Source: a virus. From it: 64,000 nucleotides of DNA. Positions 44,493 through 53,621 of the stretch are shown one piece after another (positions within the stretch are counted from its first letter, which is position 1; every line of letters begins with the position of its first letter). The position numbers and the translations under genes are program-made. Below the pieces are notes generated by a model. It was not told where the DNA came from. It saw only the letters and a list, made by a program, of their open reading frames with translations, and did no database searches. The stretch is from the IMG/VR virus record IMGVR_UViG_3300036780_000209, positions 64,001 through 128,000 of that record, one strand, 5' to 3'.

Positions 44493-47009
44493 TCAGCCTC
44501 CGGGAGTAGGGCCGATATTCGGGGCGCTGCCGAGGCCGCCTGCGAGGGGAAGCCCGATCAGGCGGCCGTTGGAGTCCCCGTCACTTCCGGGGAGCCGGGC
44601 GGGGGCCGCTATGTTCACCGTGGTATTGAAGAATCCCCCCTGGCCCATCTGGAAGGAATGCGTCACCGTGGTGCAGTAAGCCTGGAACCCGAAGGCCGGG
44701 ACTTGGATAAGCATTCCGGGCCACAGTTCCGGCATGAACGTCATCGGCACGTCGGCGTTGTACTGATAGGCCCACTGGCGCTGGAAGAGGAACAGGGCAC
44801 TGAAAAACTCCCCCTGAGGGCCGACTACCCCGGGGAGCTGCTGGAAATCAGGCCGGGCACCGAACCGGTTGTACACGTAGCTGATGAATTTCTGCGCCTG
44901 CTGCTTCGTGGGCTCCAGGCCGAAAAGGGAGTACATGATCGCCGGGATATCGATAGTCGCGACTCCGCTGGTGGTCACCGCGTTCAGGGGTCCGACATTA
45001 TCGATGGTGGCCGTCTGCAGGTTAAGCGCCTGGTTTGAGTAGGGGGCCACCGTGTACTGGTGCGTGACGAAGTTCGTGTCATCCCAGTAGACCGTGAAAT
45101 CCTGCAGCTCGATCGGCTCGATCCGCATGATGGCCGCCGTTCCCCAGACTCCGTAATAGTCCGGGAACCAGGCGATGAAGTCACCGTTGGGAGCCGAGCT
45201 GAAACTCCTCATGGTGGAATTAAGCAGGTTCTTAAGATAGGGGAGCAGCGGCTGGTCATTCAGCAATGCCCTGACCCCGGTGAGGGCAGCGGAAGTAGCC
45301 ATGTCAACGGTATCCACCTGAGGCACCCAGGGAGAGGCACCGAAGAGCTTCTCGAATGGGTCCGACGGGTTAAACCAGGGCTGTGAGTTGGAAGTAGTGA
45401 GCTGCAGGCCGCCTGCGTCCAGCGTGCCGACGCCGCCACTCGGGGTACCGCCGGCGGTACCCGAGTAATCCGTGTTGGGGGCCAGCCCGGCGAAGGTCCA
45501 GTACCCGGCGCTCGTCCCTTCGCCCGCGAACGTTCCCTGCTGGTGAGCGCCGATCGTGTTCTGCCCGTCCCCGACGCTGATCTCCGTATGGCCGACCCCG
45601 TTGATGCTGCCGTTGCCGGAGTGGTACATGAGCGCCCCGGGGGTATTCATCCCCTGCTTCGCGGTGATCATCTTGCCCCGGGCCTTGCACCAGCCGGCCT
45701 GCGCTGACGCGGTGCGCGGGCAGCCGTTCAGGTTGCCGAAGGTGTGGAAGATCACCCACTGGACGAAGGAGCTGCAGTCAAGGACGGACGGATTCGGGTC
45801 ATTCGGCGGCGAGTCACTGCCGAGCTGATAGGGGATGCTCGGATCGGACGAGACCAGGTTCTCGGCCGTCTGCAGGATGGCCGTGCCACTGGCTTTTCCG
45901 GACTTCCAGTTACTGGAAAGCTGGCCGAAAGCCGGGGAATTGCCGAGGGAGGTTCCCCCTTGCCCCTTGACCAGGATATTGACGATCTGGGTCGCCATCT
46001 CCTTGAACTGGTCGTAGTAATCCGGGCCGACACCCGGGCGCTGCACCGTGACGACGACCTGGCCCGGGTCCTGGGTAAGCCGGTTGGGCACCGTCTGCTC
46101 GACGGAGAAGAACTTGCGGGTCGCGTACTGGGCGTTAGTGACCTGGGCGACTGTTCCCCATCCCTGGGACGGGCGCTGCTGGAACAGGCCGTAGGCCTGG
46201 GCGCTGTTCGGCGTCTGGATGTTGGTGAGATGCGACTCGCCCATGGCGCACTCGATGCCGATCACCGCGTCCTGCGCCGTGAGGCCCATGCTCATGGCCG
46301 TGTTGTAGATCAGGACCGCGTTGCCGGTCTCATCCGTGGACAGGGCCTGCCCTCCGTAGGTGCCGGCCTTGAGGGCATTGCTCGCCACCGTGCCGCCGCC
46401 GAGCTTGCCGCCGACGGTGCCGTTGCCGGACAGGACCGCGTAGAACTGCTGGGCCAGGGCGTCCGCCTCTTCGAGGTCGGTGTTCACGTCCTTGGCGATC
46501 TTGTAAGCCCACTTGAACCAGCTCTGCGGGATGCCCGCGATGTGCACCTTGGTCGGGGGCCAGCCGACGACGTTGTTCATGATGGACAGCACGGCGTTGG
46601 AGACACCGCCGTCATCGGGGTTCTTGACGGCCGTGAGAGCCGTGTTGACGAGAGAAGTCGCCGCCTCGGTGCCCGGGTCCCAGAACCAGTACTGGAGCCT
46701 CTTGAGGCTGCAGGAGGCCGTGAGCTGGACCACCTGGGGCCACGCGGTCACCAGGGGCACCGCGTTCAGGTAGCCGGTGAAAACGCGCAGCCAGGTCAGC
46801 CGCTTCATCATGACGATGATGCGGTCGTTGGGGGTAAAGACGCCGTCGTACTTGCGCCGGGCGTTCTGCAGGGAGAACGAGAACGTGGAAATACCGTCGC
46901 TGCGGCGCGACAGGTTGCCCTGGGTAAGGTCCTCGCTGATATCCAGGATACCGTTATCCTGCGTGGATATGTAGACCTTGATTCCCGGCGCGTAAAGGAA
47001 TACCGACAT
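44493..47009 (-). CDS. Baseplate hub with lysozyme-like and NlpC/P60 peptidoglycan hydrolase domains
   Basis: Hub-like termini (LDISED..SFSLQN; FMPELWPGM.I..Y...VTH); AMGES..GLFQQRPSQGWG; Y..G..LDCSSFV..GHTEI..GAH. Confidence 0.85.
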   Translation of the reverse strand: MSVFLYAPGIKVYISTQDNGILDISEDLTQGNLSRRSDGISTFSFSLQNARRKYDGVFTPNDRIIVMMKRLTWLRVFTGYLNAVPLVTAWPQVVQLTASCSLKRLQYWFWDPGTEAATSLVNTALTAVKNPDDGGVSNAVLSIMNNVVGWPPTKVHIAGIPQSWFKWAYKIAKDVNTDLEEADALAQQFYAVLSGNGTVGGKLGGGTVASNALKAGTYGGQALSTDETGNAVLIYNTAMSMGLTAQDAVIGIECAMGESHLTNIQTPNSAQAYGLFQQRPSQGWGTVAQVTNAQYATRKFFSVEQTVPNRLTQDPGQVVVTVQRPGVGPDYYDQFKEMATQIVNILVKGQGGTSLGNSPAFGQLSSNWKSGKASGTAILQTAENLVSSDPSIPYQLGSDSPPNDPNPSVLDCSSFVQWVIFHTFGNLNGCPRTASAQAGWCKARGKMITAKQGMNTPGALMYHSGNGSINGVGHTEISVGDGQNTIGAHQQGTFAGEGTSAGYWTFAGLAPNTDYSGTAGGTPSGGVGTLDAGGLQLTTSNSQPWFNPSDPFEKLFGASPWVPQVDTVDMATSAALTGVRALLNDQPLLPYLKNLLNSTMRSFSSAPNGDFIAWFPDYYGVWGTAAIMRIEPIELQDFTVYWDDTNFVTHQYTVAPYSNQALNLQTATIDNVGPLNAVTTSGVATIDIPAIMYSLFGLEPTKQQAQKFISYVYNRFGARPDFQQLPGVVGPQGEFFSALFLFQRQWAYQYNADVPMTFMPELWPGMLIQVPAFGFQAYCTTVTHSFQMGQGGFFNTTVNIAAPARLPGSDGDSNGRLIGLPLAGGLGSAPNIGPTPGG

Positions 47010-47013
47010 TTGA

Positions 47014-47652
47014 TCAGGGTCCCGGCTGCGGGCCTTTTCCGCCAAGAGGCGGAGCAGGCGGGGAGGAGGGGTTATTGAACTCGCTCGGGTCTCCCGGGTA
47101 CACGATCTTCGAGTAATCCCTGGGAACCTGATTACCAGATAGCTGAGTGCCGATCGGGTAGAAGTACTGAATGGCGGCATCAGACTGGAAAGCCGCCCAC
47201 TTGTTGATCACCGAGCTGACTGCCGGCTGGTTGTTCTGGCCCGGGGAGGTTGCCGCCTCGAAGATGACCTGCGGGGAGAACATCATCTGGCCGACGTGGG
47301 CTCCCCAGTAGTAGCCCTGCAGCGGCACCCCGAGCTTGCTGAACTGGCGCACCGGGATGCTCACCGTCATCCAGGGGAACGGGTACTGCACCAGGTCAGG
47401 GTCCAGCGCGTAAGTGGCGTAGTTGGCCAGCCATTCGGTGAAATGGCGGCGCTCATCCCAGTTCTTGAGCAGCACCTGGACGCTGAACTCCTGCTCGGCT
47501 GCCCGGTGCGGGTAATAGGCTCGCTGGGTCCGCGCCACTGACTCCGAGGAGACCATCTGGACGCCGTGGGAGATGTCCCCGGCCCGGACCCGGTAAGTGC
47601 GCACGACCCCGCCGCGCTGGTAGCTCAGCGTGCAGTTCAGGCCCATCCTCAT
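47014..47652 (-). CDS. Minor tail/baseplate protein
   Basis: Position and ATGA coupling. Confidence 0.7.
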   Translation of the reverse strand: MRMGLNCTLSYQRGGVVRTYRVRAGDISHGVQMVSSESVARTQRAYYPHRAAEQEFSVQVLLKNWDERRHFTEWLANYATYALDPDLVQYPFPWMTVSIPVRQFSKLGVPLQGYYWGAHVGQMMFSPQVIFEAATSPGQNNQPAVSSVINKWAAFQSDAAIQYFYPIGTQLSGNQVPRDYSKIVYPGDPSEFNNPSSPPAPPLGGKGPQPGP

Positions 47653-47894
47653 GGAGTCCCCCGGGGCGGCGCTGCATTGTCGATCCGGGCGTCATCGGCC
47701 ACCACGGTGACGCTGCCGGTGGAGGGGGCATACACCGGCACGCCCAGCTCCTCGTACTCGTTTGCCGTGATGTCGTGCACGAGCCGGAACTGGGTCATGG
47801 CAAACCCGAACATGGGGACCTGAACGTCCTCGCCGCTCGGGACGGGCATTGACACGGGGCAGTCCGCTCCCCATACCGGCCTCTGAGTGGTCAA
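47649..47894 (-). CDS. Small hypothetical protein
   Basis: Fills the gap and overlaps the next start; TTG start, weak SD. Confidence 0.45.
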   Translation of the reverse strand: MTTQRPVWGADCPVSMPVPSGEDVQVPMFGFAMTQFRLVHDITANEYEELGVPVYAPSTGSVTVVADDARIDNAAPPRGTP

Positions 47895-47907
47895 GATTTA
47901 CCGCCTT

Positions 47908-48984
47908 TCAGAAAGACCGGTTAAGGAAAGTGGTAACGAAAGACTGGGACAGCGGTCCGGCATAAACCTGGAACCCGGTGAGCTGAGCTTCTTGCTGCGC
48001 CTGCGCCAGGGACGGAGCGCTCACTGATGAATAGGTAGGCTGGCTGGGCACCTGATGCTCAACCTGGGTGATATATGAGGTGCCCTGGGAATTAGCGGCA
48101 AACCAGAGGTTGGCCGCAGCCTCGGTCTTGAAAGAGGCCTGTATCGCGTTATTGGGAAGGGCGTCATTGCTGTAGGACTGAATGCTCAGGATTCCCTCTG
48201 AGACACCAGAGGTCACTACCGCCCAGAGCGAACCCCCGCCCCCCCCCCCGGATCCTCCGCCGCCTCCCCCGCCGCCGGAGCCACCAGAGCCACCGCCGCT
48301 GCCAGGGCCGCCTCCGTTAACCGGGCCGCCTGAGCCGGGCAGGCCGCTCGGCGGTCCCGTCTCGACGCCCACCGGCTTGAGGAGCTTGAGGTCGGAGGGG
48401 CCGGCCGCTGACCCGTTGTACTGGCTGAAATGCCAGCCCACCCCGGCGCTGATGCGGCCCATGTAGGCGGCGATGGCGTCATACGCCTTCTGGCTGAATA
48501 CCCCGTTGGTGGTGCCGGCCTGGACCAGGGCATCGGAGGCATCCTGGACGATGAACAGGCTGAGCACGTACCGCTGGTTGAACTTGCCCGCCGTCATGAT
48601 GATCGAGGCATCGCCATCGGCATCGGTCAGGGCCTTGACGTAGACGCGGAAGCGCCAGTTCTTCGGCGGGTAGGTGAAGATCGCCGGGGGGTGCATCAGG
48701 TCCTGCTGGTTGGAGTCCTTCGACTGGAACTCCATGATCGCGGTGACCATCTTGAGGAACGCCTCGGCCTGCAGCCAGGAGACGCCCTGCGGAGTCGAAT
48801 GATCCTGGCCGAAGGACCCGGACACGGTGAGGTCGTCGAGGTACGCGCCGATGACCTGGACGACCCGGCCGCCGATCGTCTCCACGACGTTGGTCAGGAC
48901 CTGCCAGTTCCACTGGATCAGCTCGGGGTCGATCCGGAACGTGATCGCAGGACCGCCCGCGAACCCCAAGGTAGCCGTGCCCAT
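47908..48984 (-). CDS. Tail tube initiator-like/minor tail protein with Gly linker and low-GC C-terminal domain
   Basis: FRIDP..I.W......ETIGG.VVQ..G..LTVSG.F; G11 tract at 48239-48249. Confidence 0.7.
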   Translation of the reverse strand: MGTATLGFAGGPAITFRIDPELIQWNWQVLTNVVETIGGRVVQVIGAYLDDLTVSGSFGQDHSTPQGVSWLQAEAFLKMVTAIMEFQSKDSNQQDLMHPPAIFTYPPKNWRFRVYVKALTDADGDASIIMTAGKFNQRYVLSLFIVQDASDALVQAGTTNGVFSQKAYDAIAAYMGRISAGVGWHFSQYNGSAAGPSDLKLLKPVGVETGPPSGLPGSGGPVNGGGPGSGGGSGGSGGGGGGGGSGGGGGGSLWAVVTSGVSEGILSIQSYSNDALPNNAIQASFKTEAAANLWFAANSQGTSYITQVEHQVPSQPTYSSVSAPSLAQAQQEAQLTGFQVYAGPLSQSFVTTFLNRSF

Positions 48985-48997
48985 TGCACCTCCTCCC

Positions 48998-49030
48998 CTT
49001 GCTTCCGGGGATGAGGAGGGGGTTTGCCAG
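48998..49030 (-). promoter_or_regulatory. Candidate phage late promoter (baseplate operon)
   Basis: CTGGC-N20-GAAG-caag-G, overlapping the divergent -35 at 49024. Confidence 0.6.
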
Positions 49031-49053
49031 GTTACAGGTTTCTTTGATAAAAT
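49024..49053 (+). promoter_or_regulatory. Sigma70-type promoter with operator-like spacer
   Basis: TTGCCA-N18-TAAAAT containing CAGGTTTCTTTG (49035-49046). Confidence 0.7.
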
Positions 49054-49073
49054 CTGGACAGGAGATGATTACC

Positions 49074-49466
49074 ATGAAAAGATGGCCCGCCGTTCTCGGC
49101 GCTCCCGTGATCACCGGAGTCGCACTGGCAGTCGCCGGCATCCTCCGGAATGACCCCTGCGGCTGCAATTCCAACGGAGCCGCCGGGGCTCCTCTCATCG
49201 CGGCCGGGGCAGTCCTGGCCGGGATCCCGCTGCTGGCCCTGATCACGGCCGCGATCATCGCGGTGATCCGGGAGGCTGCCCGTGATTACCGCCAGTACCA
49301 GGCCTGGAAGGCCACGCTGAGTCCCGAGGCCCTGGGCCTGGTGAGGGTGGCCGAGGCCGCCGCGATCTTCGGGGGCACTGCCATTGCCCAGCATGAGCTG
49401 CGCAGGTGGGGCGACCGGGTGAACGCATCCGTGACCGAGACGCAGGTCAATGGATTCGGAGGCTGA
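49074..49466 (+). CDS. Membrane protein (two TM segments, CGC loop)
   Basis: SD GGAG before MKRWPAVL; two hydrophobic stretches. Confidence 0.7.
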   Translation: MKRWPAVLGAPVITGVALAVAGILRNDPCGCNSNGAAGAPLIAAGAVLAGIPLLALITAAIIAVIREAARDYRQYQAWKATLSPEALGLVRVAEAAAIFGGTAIAQHELRRWGDRVNASVTETQVNGFGG

Positions 49467-49800
49467 GGCCTTCCGGCTGCTGGTCATGGCCAGCAGGCGG
49501 TTCACCTCCGTGCCGATGATGCGCAGCGCGCTCTTCCGGCTGCAGGAGCCGGGCAGGCTCCTGACCGTGGTCCACAGCGGCAAGGAGGGCGGCGAGACGA
49601 TCGCGAGGCTCTGGGCGCTGGAGCGCCAGGCGCTCGGCGAGCTTGTCGGGGAGGAGGAATCCCCGCTTGAAACAGCAGTCGCGAGTGCCGATCATGCTCT
49701 CATCGGGCTTGTGGCCACGGCTAAGAACAAGGGCACTCGCGACTGCTTCCAGCAGGTCAGGGCCGCAGGGATTCCCTGGGCCTTGATCATCCAGCGCTAG
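49450..49800 (+). CDS. Hypothetical protein
   Basis: Overlaps the upstream plus-strand gene; typical codon usage. Confidence 0.6.
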   Translation: MDSEAEAFRLLVMASRRFTSVPMMRSALFRLQEPGRLLTVVHSGKEGGETIARLWALERQALGELVGEEESPLETAVASADHALIGLVATAKNKGTRDCFQQVRAAGIPWALIIQR

Positions 49801-51053
49801 CCGCCGGCTCCCCTGACCTTGAAGAACCGGTGGTACGCGGTAGCCCAGATGCGGACGGTGCCCACCCGGGTGCCCCGGTCATGAGCGCCGAAGGTGTACC
49901 GGACCGTCCCGTCATGGGCATAGGCCACGAACTCCATGTGAAACTCGCTGCCGGACGGACCCCAGACCACGACATCGCCCCGGTGCGCCTGATTCTCGCG
50001 AATCTGGATCAGGTTGTGCTTGACCATGTCCGCCACGGTGCGGTACATGCTGATCCCCATGGCCTTGTAGGCCATCATGACGGCTCCCGAGCAGTCGTAG
50101 CCATCCTGGCAGGGACCGGTACCGCCCCACTCGTACCAGCAGCCGCTCTCGTGCTCCTTGGCCCAGTTGAAGGCCCCGATGCTCTTATCAGGCACGTGAG
50201 AGGGCGGGGGGTTGAAGTCCGGGTGGTGGTGGGCGTAGTCAGCCAGGAGGAATGCCCTCGTCACGCTGGCCGTGCCGCCCGCGCAGCCGTCCCCGTCCCA
50301 GGGGGAGGTTCCGGCCTCGGCGTAGAGCTTGCTGAATCCCTCGTCCTGGACGCTGACGGGAGCGTAGGAAGCTCCCTGGGGGTATCCCAGGCCCAGGCCC
50401 TGCCAGGTGGACAGGAGGAAGCCGAAGAGCCCCTCGGCCACCGAGTCGTAAGGCGGGGGCATCGAGCCGTCCGTGTGGCCGGGGTACCAGGCCGTGGGGA
50501 CCCCGCCGGACTCGTGCTCGATCACGCAGGCCTCGAAGCTCCCGGCAGGAGCGCCGCTGCCGCCGCCGGAAGGCGGAGGCGGGGCTGTCACCGGGGCTGA
50601 GGGCGCTGCGGGCGCTGAGGGCGCGGGAGCAGAGATCTGCGGCGGGGCGGGGATGGTCCCGGTGAATCTCGGGACGATAAGCTGCCATCCTGCCACGACC
50701 ACGGAAGGATTCGCGATCAGCTTCTGGTTGGCCTGGTACAGGAGGGTCCAGGCGTCGGCCCGGCCGTAGAGCCTCGCCGCGATCGAGGCGAGCGAGTCGC
50801 CGGGCCGGACGGTGTAGGTCGCGGCAGCCGGGGTACCGGAAGTAGCAGGAGGAGTGAACCGGCGGGCCGGAACGCGAGAGGAGAGCCGCAGCGAGGGGGC
50901 AGCGGGGGCAGCAGGCCGAGCGCCTGCCAGGTTGGCCGCTAGCGCAGGGTGCCCGGCGCTGGCGGGTGATCCGAAGGGGGAGAAGAACACGAGTACGGCA
51001 GCCAGCATGCAAAAAGCCAGGATAAGGCTCCTGGCCCGCAGGGTGGAAGACAT
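49797..51053 (-). CDS. Secreted LysM + Rpf-type transglycosylase + NlpC/P60 endopeptidase
   Basis: Signal peptide ending ASA; YTVRPGDSLASIA..W..LY.AN; CVIEHESGG..GLFGF..STW..A...VQD..LY...G.SPW; YEWGG.GP..YDCSG..H..H. Confidence 0.9.
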   Translation of the reverse strand: MSSTLRARSLILAFCMLAAVLVFFSPFGSPASAGHPALAANLAGARPAAPAAPSLRLSSRVPARRFTPPATSGTPAAATYTVRPGDSLASIAARLYGRADAWTLLYQANQKLIANPSVVVAGWQLIVPRFTGTIPAPPQISAPAPSAPAAPSAPVTAPPPPSGGGSGAPAGSFEACVIEHESGGVPTAWYPGHTDGSMPPPYDSVAEGLFGFLLSTWQGLGLGYPQGASYAPVSVQDEGFSKLYAEAGTSPWDGDGCAGGTASVTRAFLLADYAHHHPDFNPPPSHVPDKSIGAFNWAKEHESGCWYEWGGTGPCQDGYDCSGAVMMAYKAMGISMYRTVADMVKHNLIQIRENQAHRGDVVVWGPSGSEFHMEFVAYAHDGTVRYTFGAHDRGTRVGTVRIWATAYHRFFKVRGAGG

Positions 51054-51188
51054 AGTGCTCCAGACCTGGAAGGTACGCCCGGAGCGCAGGGGAGTCTGGG
51101 GGCAGGCTCCCGGGGGTGGCGCTCTGGCGTCGGTAAAACGGAAACGTAACACGCGGGTCACGCCTTGTCCCGTATTCCGCCAGGAGCA

Positions 51189-51218
51189 CCGTACTACAAG
51201 GTTCGTTGTAATGTCTAG
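51189..51218 (-). promoter_or_regulatory. Sigma70-type promoter with operator for the LysM-Rpf-NlpC gene
   Basis: TAGACA-N18-TACGGT containing TACAACGAACCTTGTA (core 51197-51208). Confidence 0.65.
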
Positions 51219-53596
51219 CGGCTGGCCTGCGCCGCCCAGGCGTTGGCGGGGATCGTTCCCATCGCCGCCGAGGTGTCGTAACTGCCCGGGAGCAGCTTAA
51301 GGAGCTGCCTGGCCTCGCTGGACAGGGTCACCATGTACGAGGCCCCGCCCGCCTGGCCGTGCCCTGGCGTCGCGCTGAATCCAGGGTGCTGCTTGACCCA
51401 CTTTGCCCAAGACAGGCCCTGATTCGCGCCGGCCTTCTGTCCCATCTCCGCCGAGGTGGATACCGACGGGTCCACCAGCCCGTGGGTGAGGGCGCTGGTG
51501 TTGCCGAGAACCTTGCCCTTGGAGTCGTAGAACTCGACGTTGCCCGCCATCAGCTCGTCAGGGTAGAACTTCATGGCCGCCGAGAGGGACATCACCCGGG
51601 GGCCGCTGCGGGTCAGCACGCGCACCTGGTCGCTGCTGCTGGCATTCTGCAGGAGGGCCTCCAGCACCGGGCTCCGCTGCTTGCTCTTGCGCACTTCCGA
51701 CAGGTAGGCACTCGCCGCCTGGGACCCCCCGGCTGCGCCCCGGAGGGTGGCCTGCCACCCGGACCCGGTCGCCAGTCCGTACTTACCGGTCGCGGCAGTG
51801 GGAGAGCCACCCATGCCGGTGGGCTGGGCACTGCCCCCCTGGTTGCGCGCCGCCTGAGCCTCATTCTGGCCGCCGACCTGGTGGACAATCCACTGCATGA
51901 CATTCTGCGGATTGACCGGCGCTCCGGTCTGCGAGGAAATGACGGAAGCCCACACGTTCAGGTTGATGTTGTCGGGGACCTGGTAGACGTTAAGGAACTG
52001 GTTGGCAATCTGGTCCACCAGGTCAGGCGTCAGGTTACCGCCCGCCGCGCCGATCATCTGCTTGAGGCCGGCCAGCTCCTGCGGTGTCATGATCTGCTGG
52101 ATGACCGACATGTTCTGGCCTGACTGCATGGTCAGGACCGCACTCGGGTTCGTGCGCGAGAGGTACTGGTACTGAGCCGGGGTGATGCCGTACTGGCCAG
52201 AGGTAATGATCTGCTGCTGGTAAGAGAATTCCCCGCCGAAGTTAGCCCCGGCGAACTGCTTCCCGTAAGAGGCCTGCATCTGGGCAAGCCCTCCCGCAAG
52301 GCCGACGGCCCCCGGGCCAGCGCCCTGCTGCAATGCGGACTGGAAATAGCTCTGGAAAGCCTGGCGCGCATTATTCGCATTATCCCCGGCCCGGCCGGCC
52401 ACGTCGCTCAGGGAGGTGATGGACCCGGAAAGCTGGTCAAGCGAAATGGTCGAGTTCTGGACAGCAGTCTGCAGGATGGAGGTGGACTGGTTAACGTCCA
52501 TCCCGTTAGCGGTGAAGTTGTGGTAGACGAAGTCCAGCGCCGACTGGCGGTTCTGCATCTGGCCCGACTGGCTGGTGTCCCGGCGGCCGAAGCCGAGGGC
52601 AGTGACATCGCCGAACGACTCACCTGCCGCCTGGGGCGTCATGGCGCTCCACATCATGGAGGTCTCGTAGAGCTTCTCGTGCAGCCGCTCCGCCTGGGCT
52701 TCGAGGTTGGAGCCGCCCTCGATCTGCTGGTACGGCCGGGCCGCCTCGCGCTGATTGCGGAGCCAGCCGGGGACGCCGCCGCCGCCGACTCCCGCGATGT
52801 CCGCGAGGAGCCCCACGCCCGGGATGCTCTTGAGAGCGCCGAGGACGCCACCGCCCGGGCTGCTGCCCATGGCCACCCGTGCGCCGAACTGCTGGACCGC
52901 CGCCAGGACTCCCGGGTTCAGGTTCGGGTAGCGCTGCGTCAGGACCCCGGCGAGGCCGGTGTAACCTCCGGTCGGCGGGGGGATAGGACCGCCGGGAGGC
53001 GCGGAGGGAGTTGTCCCGCCGCCGCCGCCTCCCGGAGGCGTGGCCGGCGCTCCGCCCAGGGCGGTATAGGCAGCGTTGTAGCTCATGCCGCCGCCGCCGG
53101 TACCGCCTCCGGCCCCGCCGCCGCCTGCGCCGGAAGCCTGCTGGATGAGCAGTGCGAGCTGGGACATGAGCTGGCTCGTCCCGGTGGTGCTCGTTGGGGT
53201 CCCGGCCGGCGTCCCGCCGCTGCCCGGCGAGGGAGCCGCAGGCTGGTAGAGCGGGACTCCGGCGACCCACTGGCCGATCCGCTGGGCGGCATAGGTCTGC
53301 AGGTTGCTCATCGAGGTGAGCGCTCCTGTAGGGCTCATCTGGGTGAGGCTGGCGTACCCGGGCATGCCGCCCTGGGAGGCCACCTGCTGGATGACGTTCT
53401 GCCGCATCTGGGGCTGGCCGCCCATGTTGTAGCGGAGCGAGGCGTTGATCGTCTGCTCCAGCATCTGGGTCTGGCGGCCGATCGTCCGCTCCAGGGAGCT
53501 GAGGCGGTCGATCATGACGCTGAATCCCTCGGCGAGCTGGAACCCCGCGTCCGGGTTGACATCCATGTCCGGGCGCGGAGGCGTCGGCATGGTCAT
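51215..53596 (-). CDS. Tape measure protein (probable)
   Basis: Directly after the frameshifted chaperone pair; A/G/Q-rich helical composition. Confidence 0.7.
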   Translation of the reverse strand: MTMPTPPRPDMDVNPDAGFQLAEGFSVMIDRLSSLERTIGRQTQMLEQTINASLRYNMGGQPQMRQNVIQQVASQGGMPGYASLTQMSPTGALTSMSNLQTYAAQRIGQWVAGVPLYQPAAPSPGSGGTPAGTPTSTTGTSQLMSQLALLIQQASGAGGGGAGGGTGGGGMSYNAAYTALGGAPATPPGGGGGGTTPSAPPGGPIPPPTGGYTGLAGVLTQRYPNLNPGVLAAVQQFGARVAMGSSPGGGVLGALKSIPGVGLLADIAGVGGGGVPGWLRNQREAARPYQQIEGGSNLEAQAERLHEKLYETSMMWSAMTPQAAGESFGDVTALGFGRRDTSQSGQMQNRQSALDFVYHNFTANGMDVNQSTSILQTAVQNSTISLDQLSGSITSLSDVAGRAGDNANNARQAFQSYFQSALQQGAGPGAVGLAGGLAQMQASYGKQFAGANFGGEFSYQQQIITSGQYGITPAQYQYLSRTNPSAVLTMQSGQNMSVIQQIMTPQELAGLKQMIGAAGGNLTPDLVDQIANQFLNVYQVPDNINLNVWASVISSQTGAPVNPQNVMQWIVHQVGGQNEAQAARNQGGSAQPTGMGGSPTAATGKYGLATGSGWQATLRGAAGGSQAASAYLSEVRKSKQRSPVLEALLQNASSSDQVRVLTRSGPRVMSLSAAMKFYPDELMAGNVEFYDSKGKVLGNTSALTHGLVDPSVSTSAEMGQKAGANQGLSWAKWVKQHPGFSATPGHGQAGGASYMVTLSSEARQLLKLLPGSYDTSAAMGTIPANAWAAQASR

Positions 53597-53621
53597 GTCG
53601 TTCCTCCTACCCTTCCAGGCT

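Noticed and set aside
51054-51185. c-di-AMP (ydaO) riboswitch call
   Set aside because: Conserved ydaO blocks are not recognisable; kept only as an unassigned structured leader.
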